Source: Antedon mediterranea (lineage: Eukaryota; Animalia; Echinodermata). From it: DNA of 64,000 bases. Below, piece by piece: positions 38,201-53,209 of the stretch. Within the stretch, counting starts at the first letter, position 1. Each line of letters opens with the position of its first letter. Location: assembly GCF_964355755.1 (NCBI RefSeq), contig NC_092679.1, positions 9,516,201-9,580,200 on the forward strand, read 5' to 3'. Position numbers and translations under genes: made by a program. The notes under the pieces were generated by a model. It searched no databases. It saw only the letters and a list, made by a program, of their open reading frames with translations, and was not told the origin of the DNA.

Positions 38201-41200
38201 TGTCTCCAAATGCGATTTGAAGCTATTCTAAGCACTTTGGTGTTTTTATGGAAACAATTTTTTTCGAAAATCACAAAATGGTCTAAAACGTCTCCAAATG
38301 CGATTTGAAGCTATTCTGTACACTTTGATGTTTTTATGTTAACAAGTTTTTTCGAAAATCACAAAATGGTCTAAAACGTCTACAAATGCGATTTGAAGCT
38401 ATTCTGTACACTTTGATGCTTTTATGTTAACAAGTTTTTTCGAAAATCACAAAATGGTCTAAAACGTTTCCAAATGCGATTTGAAGCTATTCTATACACT
38501 TTGATGTTTTGTGTGAAAATTTTCTGTCGAAATGCTCAAAATGGTCAAAAACGTTTTTAAATACGATATTAAGCTACTTTGTGCTCTTTGATGTTTTTGT
38601 GTGAAATGTTTTATCGAAATGCTCAAAATGGTCTAGAACGGTTTCTAATGTGATTTCAAGCACTTTGATGTTTTTGTGTAACCAAGTTTTTCGAAAATCA
38701 CAAAATTGTCTAAAACGTCTCCAAATGCGATTTGAAGCTATTCTGTACACTTTGATGTTTTTATGTTAACAAGTTTTTCGAAAATCACAAAATGGTCTAA
38801 AATGACTCCAAATGCGATTTGAAGCTATTCTAAGCACTTTGATGTTTTTATGTTAACAAGTTTTTTCGAAAATCACAAAATGGTCTAAAACGTCTCCAAT
38901 AGCGATTTTAAGCTATTCTGTACACTTTGATGTTTTTATGTTAACAAGTTTTTCGAAAATCACAAAATGGTCTAAAACGTCTCCAAATGCGATTTTAAGC
39001 TATTCTAAGCACTTTGGTGTTTTTATGTTAACAAGTTTTTTTGAAAATCACAAAATGGTCTAAAACGTCTCTAAATGCGATTTGAAGCTTTTCTGTACAC
39101 TTTGATGTTTTTATGTTAACAACTTTTTTCGAAAATCAAAAAATTGTCTAAAATGTCTCCAAATGCGATTTGAAGCTATTCTAAGCACTTTGGTGTTTTT
39201 ATGGAAACAATTTTTTTCGAAAATCACAAAATGGTCTAAAACATCTCCAATAGCGATTTGAAGCTTTTCTTTACACTTTGGTGTTTTTATGTTAACAAGT
39301 TTTTTCGAAAATCACAAAATGGTCTAAAACGTCTCCAAATGCGATTTGAAGCTATTCTGTACACTTTGATGTTTTTATGTTAACAAGTTTTTTTGAAAAT
39401 CACAAAATGGTCTAAAACGTCTCTAAATGCGATTTGAAGCTTTTCTGTACACTTTGATTTTTTTATGTTAACAACTTTTTTCGAAAATCACAAAATGGTC
39501 TAAAATGTCTCCAAATGCGATTTGAAGCTATTCTAAGCACTTTGGTGTTTTTATGGAAACATTTTTTTTCGAAAATCACAAAATGGTCTAAAACGTCTCC
39601 AATAGCGATTTGAAGCTTTTCTGTACACTTTGGTGTTTTTATGTTAACAAGTTTTTTCGAAAATCACAAAATGGTCTAAAACGTCTCCAAATGCGATTTG
39701 AAGCTATTCTGTACACTTTGATGTTTTTATGTTAACAAGTTTTTTCGAAAATCACAAAATGGTCTAAAACGTCTACAAATGCGATTTGAAGCTATTCTGT
39801 ACACTTTGATGTTTTTATGTTAACAAGTTTTTTCGAAAATCACAAAATGGTCTAAAACGTTTCCAAATGCGATTTGAAGCTATTCTGTACACTTTGATGT
39901 TTTGTGTGAAAATTTTCTTTCGAAATGCTCAAAATGGTCAAAAACGTTTTTAAATACGATATTAAGCTACTTTGTGCTCTTTGATGTTTTTGTGTGAAAT
40001 GTTTTATCGAAATGCTCAAAATGGTCTAAAACGGTTTCTAATGTGATTTCAAGCACTTTGATGTTTTTGTGTAACCAAGTTTTTCGAAAATCACAAAATT
40101 GTCTAAAACGTCTCCAAATGCGATTTGAAGCTATTCTGTACACTTTGATGTTTTTATGTTAACAAGTTTTTCGAAAATCACAAAATGGTCTAAAACGTCT
40201 CCAAATGCGATTTTAAGCTATTCTAAGCACTTTGGTGTTTTTATGTTAACAAGTTTTTTTGAAAATCACAAAATGGTCTAAAACGTCTCTAAATGCGACT
40301 TGAAGCTTTTCTGTACACTTTGATGTTTTTATGTTAACAACTTTTTTCGAAAATCACAAAATGGTCTAAAATGTCTCCAAATGCGATTTGAAGCTATTCT
40401 AAGCACTTTGGTGTTTTTATGGAAACAATTTTTTTCGAAAATCACAAAATGGTCTAAAACGTCTCCAATAGCGATTTGAAGCTTTTCTGTACACTTTGGT
40501 GTTTTTATGTTAACAAGTTTTTTCGAAAATCACAAAATGGTCTAAAACGTCTCCAAATGCGATTTGAAGCTATTCTGTACACTTTGATGTTTTTATGTTA
40601 ACAAGTTTTTTCGAAAATCACAAAATGGTCTAAAACGTCTACAAATGCGATTTGAAGCTATTCTGTACACTTTGATGCTTTTATGTTAACAAGTTTTTTC
40701 GAAAATCACAAAATGGTCTAAAACGTTTCCAAATGCGATTTGAAGCTATTCTATACACTTTGATGTTTTGTGTGAAAATTTTCTGTCGAAATGCTCAAAA
40801 TGGTAAAAAACGTTTTTAAATACGATATTAAGCTACTTTGTGCTCTTTGATGTTTTTGTGTGAAATGTTTTATCGAAATGCTCAAAATGGTCTAGAACGG
40901 TTTCTAATGTGATTTCAAGCACTTTGATGTTTTTGTGTAACCAAGTTTTTCGAAAATCACAAAATTGTCTAAAACGTCTCCAAATGCGATTTGAAGCTAT
41001 TCTGTACACTTTGATGTTTTTATGTTAACAAGTTTTTCGAAAATCACAAAATGGTCTAAAATGACTCCAAATGCGATTTGAAGCTATTCTAAGCACTTTG
41101 ATGTTTTTATGTTAACAAGTTTTTTCGAAAATCACAAAATGGTCTAAAACGTCTCCAATAGCGATTTTAAGCTATTCTGTACACTTTGATGTTTTTATGT

Positions 41201-42850
41201 TAACAAGTTTTTCGAAAATCACAAAATGGTCTAAAACGTCTCCAAATGCGATTTTAAGCTATTCTAAGCACTTTGGTGTTTTTATGTTAACAAGTTTTTT
41301 TGAAAATCACAAAATGGTCTAAAACGTCTCTAAATGCGATTTGAAGCTTTTCTGTACACTTTGATGTTTTTATGTTAACAACTTTTTTCGAAAATCAAAA
41401 AATTGTCTAAAATGTCTCCAAATGCGATTTGAAGCTATTCTAAGCACTTTGGTGTTTTTATGGAAACAATTTTTTTCGAAAATCACAAAATGGTCTAAAA
41501 CATCTCCAAATGCGATTTGAAGCAATTCTGTACACTTTGATAAAGTTTTTCGAAAATCACAAAATGGTCTAAAACGTCTCTAAATGCGATTTGAAGCTTT
41601 TCTGTACACTTTGATGTTTTTATGTTAACAACTTTTTTCGAAAATCACAAAATGGTCTAAAATGTCTCCAAATGCGATTTGAAGCTATTCTAAGCACTTT
41701 GATGTTTTTATGTTAACAAGTTTTTTCGAAAATCACAAAATGGTCTAAAACGTCTCCAATAGCGATTTTAAGCTATTCTGTACACTTTGGTGTTTTTATG
41801 TTAACAAGTTTTTTCGAAAATCACAAAATGGTCTAAAACGTCTCCAAATGCGATTTGAAGCTATTCTGTACACTTTGATGTTTTTATGTTAACAAGTTTT
41901 TTCGAAAATCACAAAATGGTCTAAAACGTCTACAAATGCAATTTGTAGCTATTCTAAGCACTTTGATGTTTTTATGTTAACAAGTTTTTTCGAAAATCAC
42001 AAAATGGTCTAAAACGTCTCCAATAGCGATTTTAAGCTATTCTGTACTCTTTGGTGTTTTTATGTTAACAAGTTTTTTTGAAAATCACAAAATGATCTAA
42101 AACGTCTCCAAATGCGATTTGAAGCTATTCTGTACACTTTGATGTTTTTATGTTAACAAGTTTTTTCGAAAATCACAAAATGGTCTAAAACGTCTACAAA
42201 TGCAATTTGTAGCTATTCTATGTTAACAAGTTTTTTCGAAAATCACAAAATGGTCTAAAACGTCTGCAAATGCGATTTGAAACTATTCTTAGCCCATTGG
42301 TGTTTTTATTTAAACAAATTTTTTTGAAACTCACAAAATGGTCTAAAACGTCTCCAAATGCGATTTGAAGCTATTTTAAGCACTTTGGTGTTTTTGTGTT
42401 AACAAGTTTTTCGAAATGCTCAAAATGGTCTAGGCCTAAAACGTTTTTAAACACGATATTAAGCTATTTTGTGCTCTTTGATGTTTTTTTGTGAAAAGTT
42501 TTAGCAAAATGCTCAAAATGGTCTAAAACGATTTCTAATGTGATTTTAAGCACTTTGATGTTTTTATGTTAACTAGTTTTTTCGAAAATCACAAAATGGT
42601 CTAAAACGTCTCCAAATGCGATTTGAAGCTATTTTAAGCACTTAGGTGCTTTTGTGTAACCAAGTTTTTTAGAAAATCACAAAATGGTCTAAAACATCTC
42701 CAAATGCGATTTAAAGCTATTTTAAGCACTTTGGTGTTTTTATGTTAACAAGTTTTTTCGAAAATCACAAAATGGTCTAAAACGTCTCCAAATGCGATTT
42801 GAAGCTATTTTAAGCACTTTGGTGTTTTTGTGTTAACAAGTTTTTCGAAA
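32221..42850 (+). repeat. ~10.6-kb satellite-only higher-order block, copy 2
   Basis: The same markers at 32378, 33958, 37030 and 40295. Confidence 0.9.
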
Positions 42851-45800
42851 TGCTCAAAATGCTCTAAAACGTTTCCAAATGCGATTTGAAGCTATTCTGT
42901 ACACTTTGATGTTTTGTGTGAAAATTTTCTGTCGAAATGCTCAAAATGGTCAAAAACGTTTTTAAATACGATATTAAGCTACTTTGTGCTCTTTGATGTT
43001 TTTGTGTGAAATGCTTTATCGAAATGCTCAAAATGGTCTAAAACGGTTTCTAATGTGATTTCAAGCACTTTGATGTTTTTGTGTAACCAAGTTTTTCGAA
43101 AATCACAAAATTGTCTAAAACGTCTCCAAATGCGATTTGAAGCTATTCTGTACACTTTGGTGTTTTTATGTTAACAAGTTTTTTCGAAAATCACAAAATG
43201 GTCTAAAACGTCTCCAAATGCGATTTAAAGCTATTTTAAGCACTTTTGTGTTTTTGTGTAACCAAGTTTTTTCGAAAATCACAAAAGGGTCTAAAATGTC
43301 TGTAAATGCGATTTGAAGCTATTTAAAGCACTTTGGTGTTTTTAGGTTAACAAGTTTTTTCGAAAATCACAAAATGGACTAAAACGTCTACAAATGCGTT
43401 TTGAAGCTATTCTAAGCACTTTTGTGTTTTTATGTTAACAAGTTTTTTCGAAAATCACAAAATGGTCTAAAACGTCTCCAAATGCGATTTGAAGCTATTT
43501 TAAGCACTTTGGTGTTTTTGTGTTAACAAGTTTTTCGAAAATCACAAAATGGTCTAAAACGTTTCCAAATGCGATTTGAAGCTATTCTGTACACTTTGAT
43601 GTTTTGTGTGAAAATTTTCTGTCGAAATGCTCAAAATGGTCAAAAACGTTTTTAAATACGATATTAAGCTACTTTGTGCTCTTTGATGTTTTTGTGTGAA
43701 ATGTTTTATCGAAATGCTCAAAATGGTCTAAAACGGTTTCTAATGTGATTTCAAGCACTTTGATGTTTTTGTGTAACCAAGTTTTTCGAAAATCACAAAA
43801 TTGTCTAAAACGTCTCCAAATGCGATTTGAAGCTATTCTGTACACTTTGATGTTTTTATGTTAACAAGTTTTTTTGAAAATCACAAAATGGTCTAAAACG
43901 TCTCTAAATGCGATTTGAAGCTTTTCTGTACACTTTGATGTTTTTATGTTAACAACTTTTTTCGAAAATCACAAAATGGTCTAAAATGTCTCCAAATGCG
44001 ATTTGAAGCTATTCTAAGCACTTTGGTGTTTTTATGGAAACATTTTTTTTCGAAATTCACAAAATGGTCTAAAACGTCTCCAAATGCGATTTGAAGCTAT
44101 TCTGTACACTTTGATGTTTTTATGTTAACAAGTTTTTTCGAAAATCACAAAATGGTCTAAAACGTTTCCAAATGCGATTTGAAGCTATTCTGTACACTTT
44201 GATGTTTTGTGTGAAAATTTTCTGTCGAAATGCTCAAAATGGTCAAAAACGTTTTTAAATACGATATTAAGCTACTTTGTGCTCTTTGATGTTTTTGTGT
44301 GAAATGTTTTATCGAAATGCTCAAAATGGTCTAAAACGGTTTCTAATGTGATTTCAAGCACTTTGATGTTTTTGTGTAACCAAGTTTTTCGAAAATCACA
44401 AAATTGTCTAAAACGTCTCCAAATGCGATTTGAAGCTATTCTGTACACTTTGGTGTTTTTATGTTAACAAGTTTTTTCGAAAATCACAAAATGGTCTAAA
44501 ACGTCTCCAAATGCGATTTAAAGCTATTTTAAGCACTTTTGTGTTTTTGTGTAACCAAGTTTTTTCGAAAATCACAAAAGGGTCTAAAATGTATGTAAAT
44601 GCGATTTGAAGCTATTTAAAGCACTTTGGTGTTTTTAGGTTAACAAGTTTTTTCGAAAATCACAAAATGGTCTAAAACGTCTACAAATGCGATTTGAAGC
44701 TATTCTAAGCACTTTTGTGTTTTTATGTTAACAAGTTTTTTCGAAAATCACAAAATGGTCTAAAACGTCTCTAAATGCGATTTGAAGCTTTTCTGTACAC
44801 TTTGATGTTTTTATGTTAACAACTTTTTTCGAAAATCACAAAATGGTCTAAAATGTCTCGAAATGCGATTTGAAGCTATTCTAAGCACTTTGGTGTTTTT
44901 ATGGAAACAATTTTTTTCGAAAATCACAAAATGGTCTAAAACGTCTCCAATAGCGATTTGAAGCTTTTCTGTACACTTTGGTGTTTTTATGTTAACAAGT
45001 TTTTTCGAAAATCACAAAATGGTCTAAAACGTCTCCAAATGCGATTTGAAGCTATTCTGTACACTTTGATGTTTTTATGTTAACAAGTTTTTTCGAAAAT
45101 CACAAAATGGTCTAAAACGTCTACAAATGCGATTTGAAGCTATTCTAAGCACTTTTGTGTTTTTATGTTAACAAGTTTTTTCGAAAATAACAAAATGGTC
45201 TAAAATGTCTGCAAATGCGATTTGAAGCTATTCTTAGCACATTGGTGTTTTTATTTAAACAAATTTTTTCGAAACTCACAAAATGGTCTAAAACGTCTCC
45301 AAATGCGATTTGAAGCTATTTTAAGCACTTTGGTGTTTTTGTGTTAACAAGTTTTTCGAAAAGCTCAAAATGGTCTAAAACGTTTTTAAACACGATATTA
45401 AGCTATTTTGTGCTCTTTGATGTTTTTTTGTGAAAAGTTTTAGTGAAATGCTCAAAATGGTCTAAAACGATTTCTAATGTGATTTTAAGCACTTTGATGT
45501 TTTTATGTTAACTAGTTTTTTCGAAAATCACAAAATGGTCTAAAACGTCTCCAAATGTGATTTGAAGCTATTCTAAGCACTTTGGTGTTTTTATGTTAAC
45601 AGTTTTTTCGAAAATCACAAAATGGTCTAAAACGTTTCCAAATGCGATTTGAAGCTATTCTGTACACTTTGATGTTTTTATGGTAACAAGTCTTTTAGAA
45701 AATCACAAAATGGTCTAAAACATCTCCAAATGCGATTTAAAGCTATTTTAAGCACTTTTGTGTTTTTGTGTAACCAAGTTTTTTCGAAAATCACAAAAGG

Positions 45801-48800
45801 GTCTAAAATGTCTCTAAATGCGATTTGAAGCTACTCTAAGCACTTTGGTGTTTTTATGTTAACAAGTTTTTTCGAAAATCAATAAATGGTCTAAAATGTC
45901 TCCAAATGCGATTTGAAGCTATTCTGTACTCTTTGCTGTTTTGTGTGAAAAATGTTTGTCGAAATCCTCAAAATGGTCAAAAACGTTTTTAAATACGATA
46001 TTAAGCTATTTTGTGCTCTTTGATGTTTTCGTGTGAAAAGTTTTATCGAAATACTCAAAATGGTCTAAAACGGTTTCTAATGTGATTTTAAGCACTTTGA
46101 TGTTTTTGTGTAACCAAGTTTTTTCGAAAATCACAAAATGGTCTAAAACGTCTCCAAATGCGATTTGAAGCTATTCTGTACACTTTGGTGTTTTTATGTT
46201 AACAAGTTTTTTCGAAAATCACAAAATGGTCTAAAACGTCTCCAAATGCGATTTAAAGCTATTTTAAGCACTTTTGTGTTTTTGTGTAACCAAGTTTTTT
46301 CGAAAATCACAAAAGGGTCTAAAATGTCTGTAAATGCGATTTGAAGCTATTTAAAGCACTTTGGTGTTTTTAGGTTAACAAGTTTTTTCGAAAATCACAA
46401 AATGGTATAAAACGTCTACAAATGCGATTTGAAGCTATTCTGTACACTTTGATGTTTTGTGTGAAAATTTTCTGTCAAAATGCTCAAAATGGTCAAAAAC
46501 GTTTTTAAATACGATATTAAGCTATTCTAAGCACTTTGATGTTTTTATGTTAACAAGTTTTTCGAAAATCACAAAATGGTCTAAAACGTCTCCAAATGCG
46601 ATTTGAAGCTATTCTAAGCACTTTGGTGTTTTTATGTTAACAAGTTTTTTCGAAAATCACAAAATGGTCTAAAACGTTTCCAAATGCGATTTGAAGCTAT
46701 TCTGTACACTTTGATGTTTTGTGTGAAAATTTTCTTTCGAAATGCTCAAAATGGTCAAAAACGTTTTTAAATACGATATTAAGCTACTTTGTGCTCTTTG
46801 ATGTTTTTGTGTGAAATGTTTTATCAAAATGCTCAAAATGGTCTAAAACGGTTTCTAATGTGATTTCAAGCACTTTGATGTTTTTGTGTAACCAAGTTTT
46901 TCGAAAATCACAAAATTGTCTAAAACGTCTCCAAATGCGATTTGAAGCTATTCTGTACACTTTGATGTTTTTATGTTAACAAGTTTTTCGAAAATCACAA
47001 AATGGTCTAAAACGTCTCCAAATGCGATTTTAAGCTATTCTAAGCACTTTGGTGTTTTTATGTTAACAAGTTTTTTCGAAAATCACAAAATGGTCTAAAA
47101 AGTCTCCAAATGCGATTTAAAGCTATTTTAAGCACTTTTGTGTTTTTGTGTAACCAAGTTTTTTCGAAAATCACAAAAGGGTCTAAAATGTCTGTAAATG
47201 CGATTTGAAGCTATTTAAAGCACTTTGGTGTTTTTAGGTTAACAAGTTTTTTCGAAAATCACAAAATGGTCTAAAACGTCTACAAATGCGATTTGAAGCT
47301 ATTCTAAGCACTTTTGTGTTTTTATGTTAACAAGTTTTTTCGAAAATCACAAAATGGTCTAAAACGTCTCCAAATGCGATTTGAAGCTATTTTAAGCACT
47401 TTGGTGTTTTTGTGTTAACAAGTTTTTCGAAATGCTCAAAATGGTCTAAAACGTCTCCAAATGCGATTTGAAGCTATTCTAAGCACTTTGGTGTTTTTAT
47501 GTTAACAAGTTTTTTCGAAAATCACAAAATGGTCTAAAACGTTTCCAAATGCGATTTGAAGCTATTCTGTACACTTTGATGTTTTGTGTGAAAATTTTCT
47601 GTCGAAATGCTCAAAATGGTCAAAAACGTTTTTAAATACGATATTAAGCTACTTTGTGCTCTTTGATGGTTTTGTGTGAAATGTTTTATCGAAATGCTCA
47701 AAATGGTCTAAAACGGTTTCTAATGTGATTTCAAGCACTTTGATGTTTTTGTGTAACCAAGTTTTTCGAAAATCACAAAATTGTCTAAAACGTCTCCAAA
47801 TGCGATTTGAAGCTATTCTGTACACTTTGATGTTTTTATGTTAACAAGTTTTTCGAAAATCACAAAGTGGTCTAAAACGTCTCCAAATGCGATTTTAAGC
47901 TATTCTAAGCACTTTGGTGTTTTTATGTTAACAAGTTTTTTTGAAAATCACAAAATGGTCTAAAACGTCTCTAAATGCGATTTGAAGCTTTTCTGTACAC
48001 TTTGATGTTTTTATGTTAACAACTTTTTTCGAAAATCACAAAATGGTCTAAAATGTCTCCAAATGCGATTTGAAGCTATTCTAAGGACTTTGGTGTTTTT
48101 ATGGAAACAATTTTTTTCGAAAATCACAAAATGGTCTAAAACGTCTCCAATAGCGATTTGAAGCTTTTCTGTACACTTTGATGTTTTTATGTTAACAAGT
48201 TTTTTCGAAAATCACAAAATGGTCTAAAACGTCTACAAATGCGATTTGAAGCTATTCTGTACACTTTGATGTTTTTATGTTAACAAGTTTTTTCGAAAAT
48301 CACAAAATGGTCTAAAACGTTTCCAAATGCGATTTGAAGCTATTCTGTACACTTTGATGTTTTGTGTGAAAATTTTCTTTCGAAATGCTCAAAATGGTCA
48401 AAAACGTTTTTAAATACGATATTAAGCTACTTTGTGCTCTTTGATGTTTTTGTGTGAAATGTTTTATCGAAATGCTCAAAATGGTCTAAAACGGTTTCTA
48501 ATGTGATTTCAAGCACTTTGATGTTTTTGTGTAACCAAGTTTTTCGAAAATCACAAAATTGTCTAAAACGTCTCCAAATGCGATTTGAAGCTATTCTGTA
48601 CACTTTGATGTTTTTATGTTAACAAGTTTTTCGAAAATCACAAAATGGTCTAAAACGTCTCCAAATGCGATTTTAAGCTATTCTAAGCACTTTGGTGTTT
48701 TTATGTTAACAAGTTTTTTTGAAAATCACAAAATGGTCTAAAACGTCTCTAAATGCGATTTGAAGCTTTTCTGTACACTTTGATGTTTTTATGTTAACAA

Positions 48801-51800
48801 CTTTTTTCGAAAATCACAAAATGGTCTAAAATGTCTCCAAATGCGATTTGAAGCTATTCTAAGCACTTTGGTGTTTTTATGGAAACAATTTTTTTCGAAA
48901 ATCACAAAATGGTCTAAAACGTCTCCAATAGCGATTTGAAGCTTTTCTGTACACTTTGGTGTTTTTATGTTAACAAGTTTTTTCGAAAATCACAAAATGG
49001 TCTAAAACGTCTCCAAATGCGATTTGAAGCTATTCTGTACACTTTGATGTTTTTATGTTAACAAGTTTTTTCGAAAATCACAAAATGGTCTAAAACGTCT
49101 ACAAATGCGATTTGAAGCTATTCTGTACACTTTGATGCTTTTATGTTAACAAGTTTTTTCGAAAATCACAAAATGGTCTAAAACGTTTCCAAATGCGATT
49201 TGAAGCTATTCTATACACTTTGATGTTTTGTGTGAAAATTTTCTGTCGAAATGCTCAAAATGGTCAAAAACGTTTTTAAATACGATATTAAGCTACTTTG
49301 TGCTCTTTGATGTTTTTGTGTGAAATGTTTTATCGAAATGCTCAAAATGGTCTAGAACGGTTTCTAATGTGATTTCAAGCACTTTGATGTTTTTGTGTAA
49401 CCAAGTTTTTCGAAAATCACAAAATTGTCTAAAACGTCTCCAAATGCGATTTGAAGCTATTCTGTACACTTTGATGTTTTTATGTTAACAAGTTTTTCGA
49501 AAATCACAAAATGGTCTAAAATGACTCCAAATGCGATTTGAAGCTATTCTAAGCACTTTGATGTTTTTATGTTAACAAGTTTTTTCGAAAATCACAAAAT
49601 GGTCTAAAACGTCTCCAATAGCGATTTTAAGCTATTCTGTACACTTTGATGTTTTTATGTTAACAAGTTTTTCGAAAATCACAAAATGGTCTAAAACGTC
49701 TCCAAATGCGATTTTAAGCTATTCTAAGCACTTTGGTGTTTTTATGTTAACAAGTTTTTTTGAAAATCACAAAATGGTCTAAAACGTCTCTAAATGCGAT
49801 TTGAAGCTTTTCTGTACACTTTGATGTTTTTATGTTAACAACTTTTTTCGAAAATCAAAAAATTGTCTAAAATGTCTCCAAATGCGATTTGAAGCTATTC
49901 TAAGCACTTTGGTGTTTTTATGGAAACAATTTTTTTCGAAAATCACAAAATGGTCTAAAACATCTCCAATAGCGATTTGAAGCTTTTCTTTACACTTTGG
50001 TGTTTTTATGTTAACAAGTTTTTTCGAAAATCACAAAATGGTCTAAAACGTCTCCAAATGCGATTTGAAGCTATTCTGTACACTTTGATGTTTTTATGTT
50101 AACAAGTTTTTTTGAAAATCACAAAATGGTCTAAAACGTCTCTAAATGCGATTTGAAGCTTTTCTGTACACTTTGATTTTTTTATGTTAACAACTTTTTT
50201 CGAAAATCACAAAATGGTCTAAAATGTCTCCAAATGCGATTTGAAGCTATTCTAAGCACTTTGGTGTTTTTATGGAAACATTTTTTTTCGAAAATCACAA
50301 AATGGTCTAAAACGTCTCCAATAGCGATTTGAAGCTTTTCTGTACACTTTGGTGTTTTTATGTTAACAAGTTTTTTCGAAAATCACAAAATGGTCTAAAA
50401 CGTCTCCAAATGCGATTTGAAGCTATTCTGTACACTTTGATGTTTTTATGTTAACAAGTTTTTTCGAAAATCACAAAATGGTCTAAAACGTCTACAAATG
50501 CGATTTGAAGCTATTCTGTACACTTTGATGTTTTTATGTTAACAAGTTTTTTCGAAAATCACAAAATGGTCTAAAACGTTTCCAAATGCGATTTGAAGCT
50601 ATTCTGTACACTTTGATGTTTTGTGTGAAAATTTTCTTTCGAAATGCTCAAAATGGTCAAAAACGTTTTTAAATACGATATTAAGCTACTTTGTGCTCTT
50701 TGATGTTTTTGTGTGAAATGTTTTATCGAAATGCTCAAAATGGTCTAAAACGGTTTCTAATGTGATTTCAAGCACTTTGATGTTTTTGTGTAACCAAGTT
50801 TTTCGAAAATCACAAAATTGTCTAAAACGTCTCCAAATGCGATTTGAAGCTATTCTGTACACTTTGATGTTTTTATGTTAACAAGTTTTTCGAAAATCAC
50901 AAAATGGTCTAAAACGTCTCCAAATGCGATTTTAAGCTATTCTAAGCACTTTGGTGTTTTTATGTTAACAAGTTTTTTTGAAAATCACAAAATTGTCTAA
51001 AACGTCTCTAAATGCGACTTGAAGCTTTTCTGTACACTTTGATGTTTTTATGTTAACAACTTTTTTCGAAAATCACAAAATGGTCTAAAATGTCTCCAAA
51101 TGCGATTTGAAGCTATTCTAAGCACTTTGGTGTTTTTATGGAAACAATTTTTTTCGAAAATCACAAAATGGTCTAAAACGTCTCCAATAGCGATTTGAAG
51201 CTTTTCTGTACACTTTGGTGTTTTTATGTTAACAAGTTTTTTCGAAAATCACAAAATGGTCTAAAACGTCTCCAAATGCGATTTGAAGCTATTCTGTACA
51301 CTTTGATGTTTTTATGTTAACAAGTTTTTTCGAAAATCACAAAATGGTCTAAAACGTCTCCAAATGCGATTTGAAGCTATTCTGTACACTTTGATGCTTT
51401 TATGTTAACATGTTTTTTCGAAAATCACAAAATGGTCTAAAACGTTTCCAAATGCGATTTGAAGCTATTCTATACACTTTGATGTTTTGTGTGAAAATTT
51501 TCTGTCGAAATGCTCAAAATGGTCAAAAACGTTTTTAAATACGATATTAAGCTACTTTGTGCTCTTTGATGTTTTTGTGTGAAATGTTTTATCGAAATGC
51601 TCAAAATGGTCTAGAACGGTTTCTAATGTGATTTCAAGCACTTTGATGTTTTTGTGTAACCAAGTTTTTCGAAAATCACAAAATTGTCTAAAACGTCTCC
51701 AAATGCGATTTGAAGCTATTCTGTACACTTTGATGTTTTTATGTTAACAAGTTTTTCGAAAATCACAAAATGGTCTAAAATGACTCCAAATGCGATTTGA

Positions 51801-52230
51801 AGCTATTCTAAGCACTTTGATGTTTTTATGTTAACAAGTTTTTTCGAAAATCACAAAATGGTCTAAAACGTCTCCAATAGCGATTTTAAGCTATTCTGTA
51901 CACTTTGATGTTTTTATGTTAACAAGTTTTTCGAAAATCACAAAATGGTCTAAAACGTCTCCAAATGCGATTTTAAGCTATTCTAAGCACTTTGGTGTTT
52001 TTATGTTAACAAGTTTTTTTGAAAATCACAAAAAATGGTCTAAAACGTCTCTAAATGCGATTTGAAGCTTTTCTGTACACTTTGATGTTTTTATGTTAAC
52101 AACTTTTTTCGAAAATCAAAAAATTGTCTAAAATGTCTCCAAATGCGATTTGAAGCTATTCTAAGCACTTTGGTGTTTTTATGGAAACAATTTTTTTCGA
52201 AAATCACAAAATGGTCTAAAACATCTCCAA
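42851..52230 (+). repeat. Satellite-only higher-order block, copy 3 (incomplete; right boundary approximate)
   Basis: The same markers at 43009, 44589, 47661 and 51014. Confidence 0.88.
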
Positions 52231-53205
52231 TAGCAATTTGAAGCTTTTCTTTACACTTTGGTGTTTTTATGTTAACAAGTTTTTTTCGAAAATCACAAAA
52301 TGGTCTAAAACGTCTCCAAATGCGATTTGAAGCTATTCTGTACACTTTGATGTTTTTATGTTAACAAGTTTTTTCGAAAATCACAAAATGGTCTAAAACG
52401 TCTACAAATGCGATTTGAAGCTATTCTAAGCACTTTTGTGTTTTTATGTTAACAAGTTTTTTCGAAAATCACAAAATGGTCTAAAACGTCTGCAAATGCG
52501 ATTTGAAACTATTCTTAGCACATTGGTGTTTTTATTTAAACAAATTTTTTCGAAACTCACAAAATGGTCTAAAACGTCTCCAAATGCGATTTGAAGCTAT
52601 TTTAAGCACTTTAGTGTTTTTGTGTTAACAAGTTTTTCGAAATGCTCAAAATGGTCTAAAACGTTTTTAAACACGATATTAAGCTATTTTGTGCTCTTTG
52701 ATGTTTTTTTGTGAAAAGTTTTAGCAAAATGCTCAAAATGGTCTAAAACGATTTCTAATGTGATTTTAAGCACTTTGATGTTTTTATGTTAACTAGTTTT
52801 TTCGAAAATCACAAAATGGTCTAAAACGTCTCCAAATGCGATTTGAAGCTATTTTAAGCACTTAGGTGCTTTTGTGTAACCAAGTTTTTTTTGAAAATCA
52901 CAAAAGGGTCTAAAATGTCTCCAAATGTGATTTGAAGCTATTTTAAGCACTTTGGTGTTTTTGTGTTAACAAGTTTTTCGAAAATCACAAAATTGTCTAA
53001 AACGTCTCCAAATGCGATTTTAAGCTATTCTGTACACTTTGATGTTTTTATGTTAACAAGTTTTTTAGAAAATCACAAAATGGTCTAAAACATCTCCAAA
53101 TGCGATTTAAAGCTATTTTAAGCACTTTGGTGTTTTTATGTTAACAAGTTTATTCGAAAATCACAAAATGGTCTAAAACGTCTCCAAATGCGATTTGAAG
53201 CTATT

Positions 53206-53209
53206 TTAA
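53206..53209. other. Empty (pre-insertion) TTAA site paralogous to the transposon insertion
   Basis: Upstream monomer order matches that before 4045 (CTTAGGTGCTTTT, AAAGGGTC, TTAGAAAATC...ACATCTCC). Downstream order matches that after 6963. Only one TTAA is present. Confidence 0.85.

Noticed and set aside
52091-52345. 84-aa minus-strand ORF
   Set aside because: It is a repetitive peptide from three satellite monomers, opened by a T-tract length variant.
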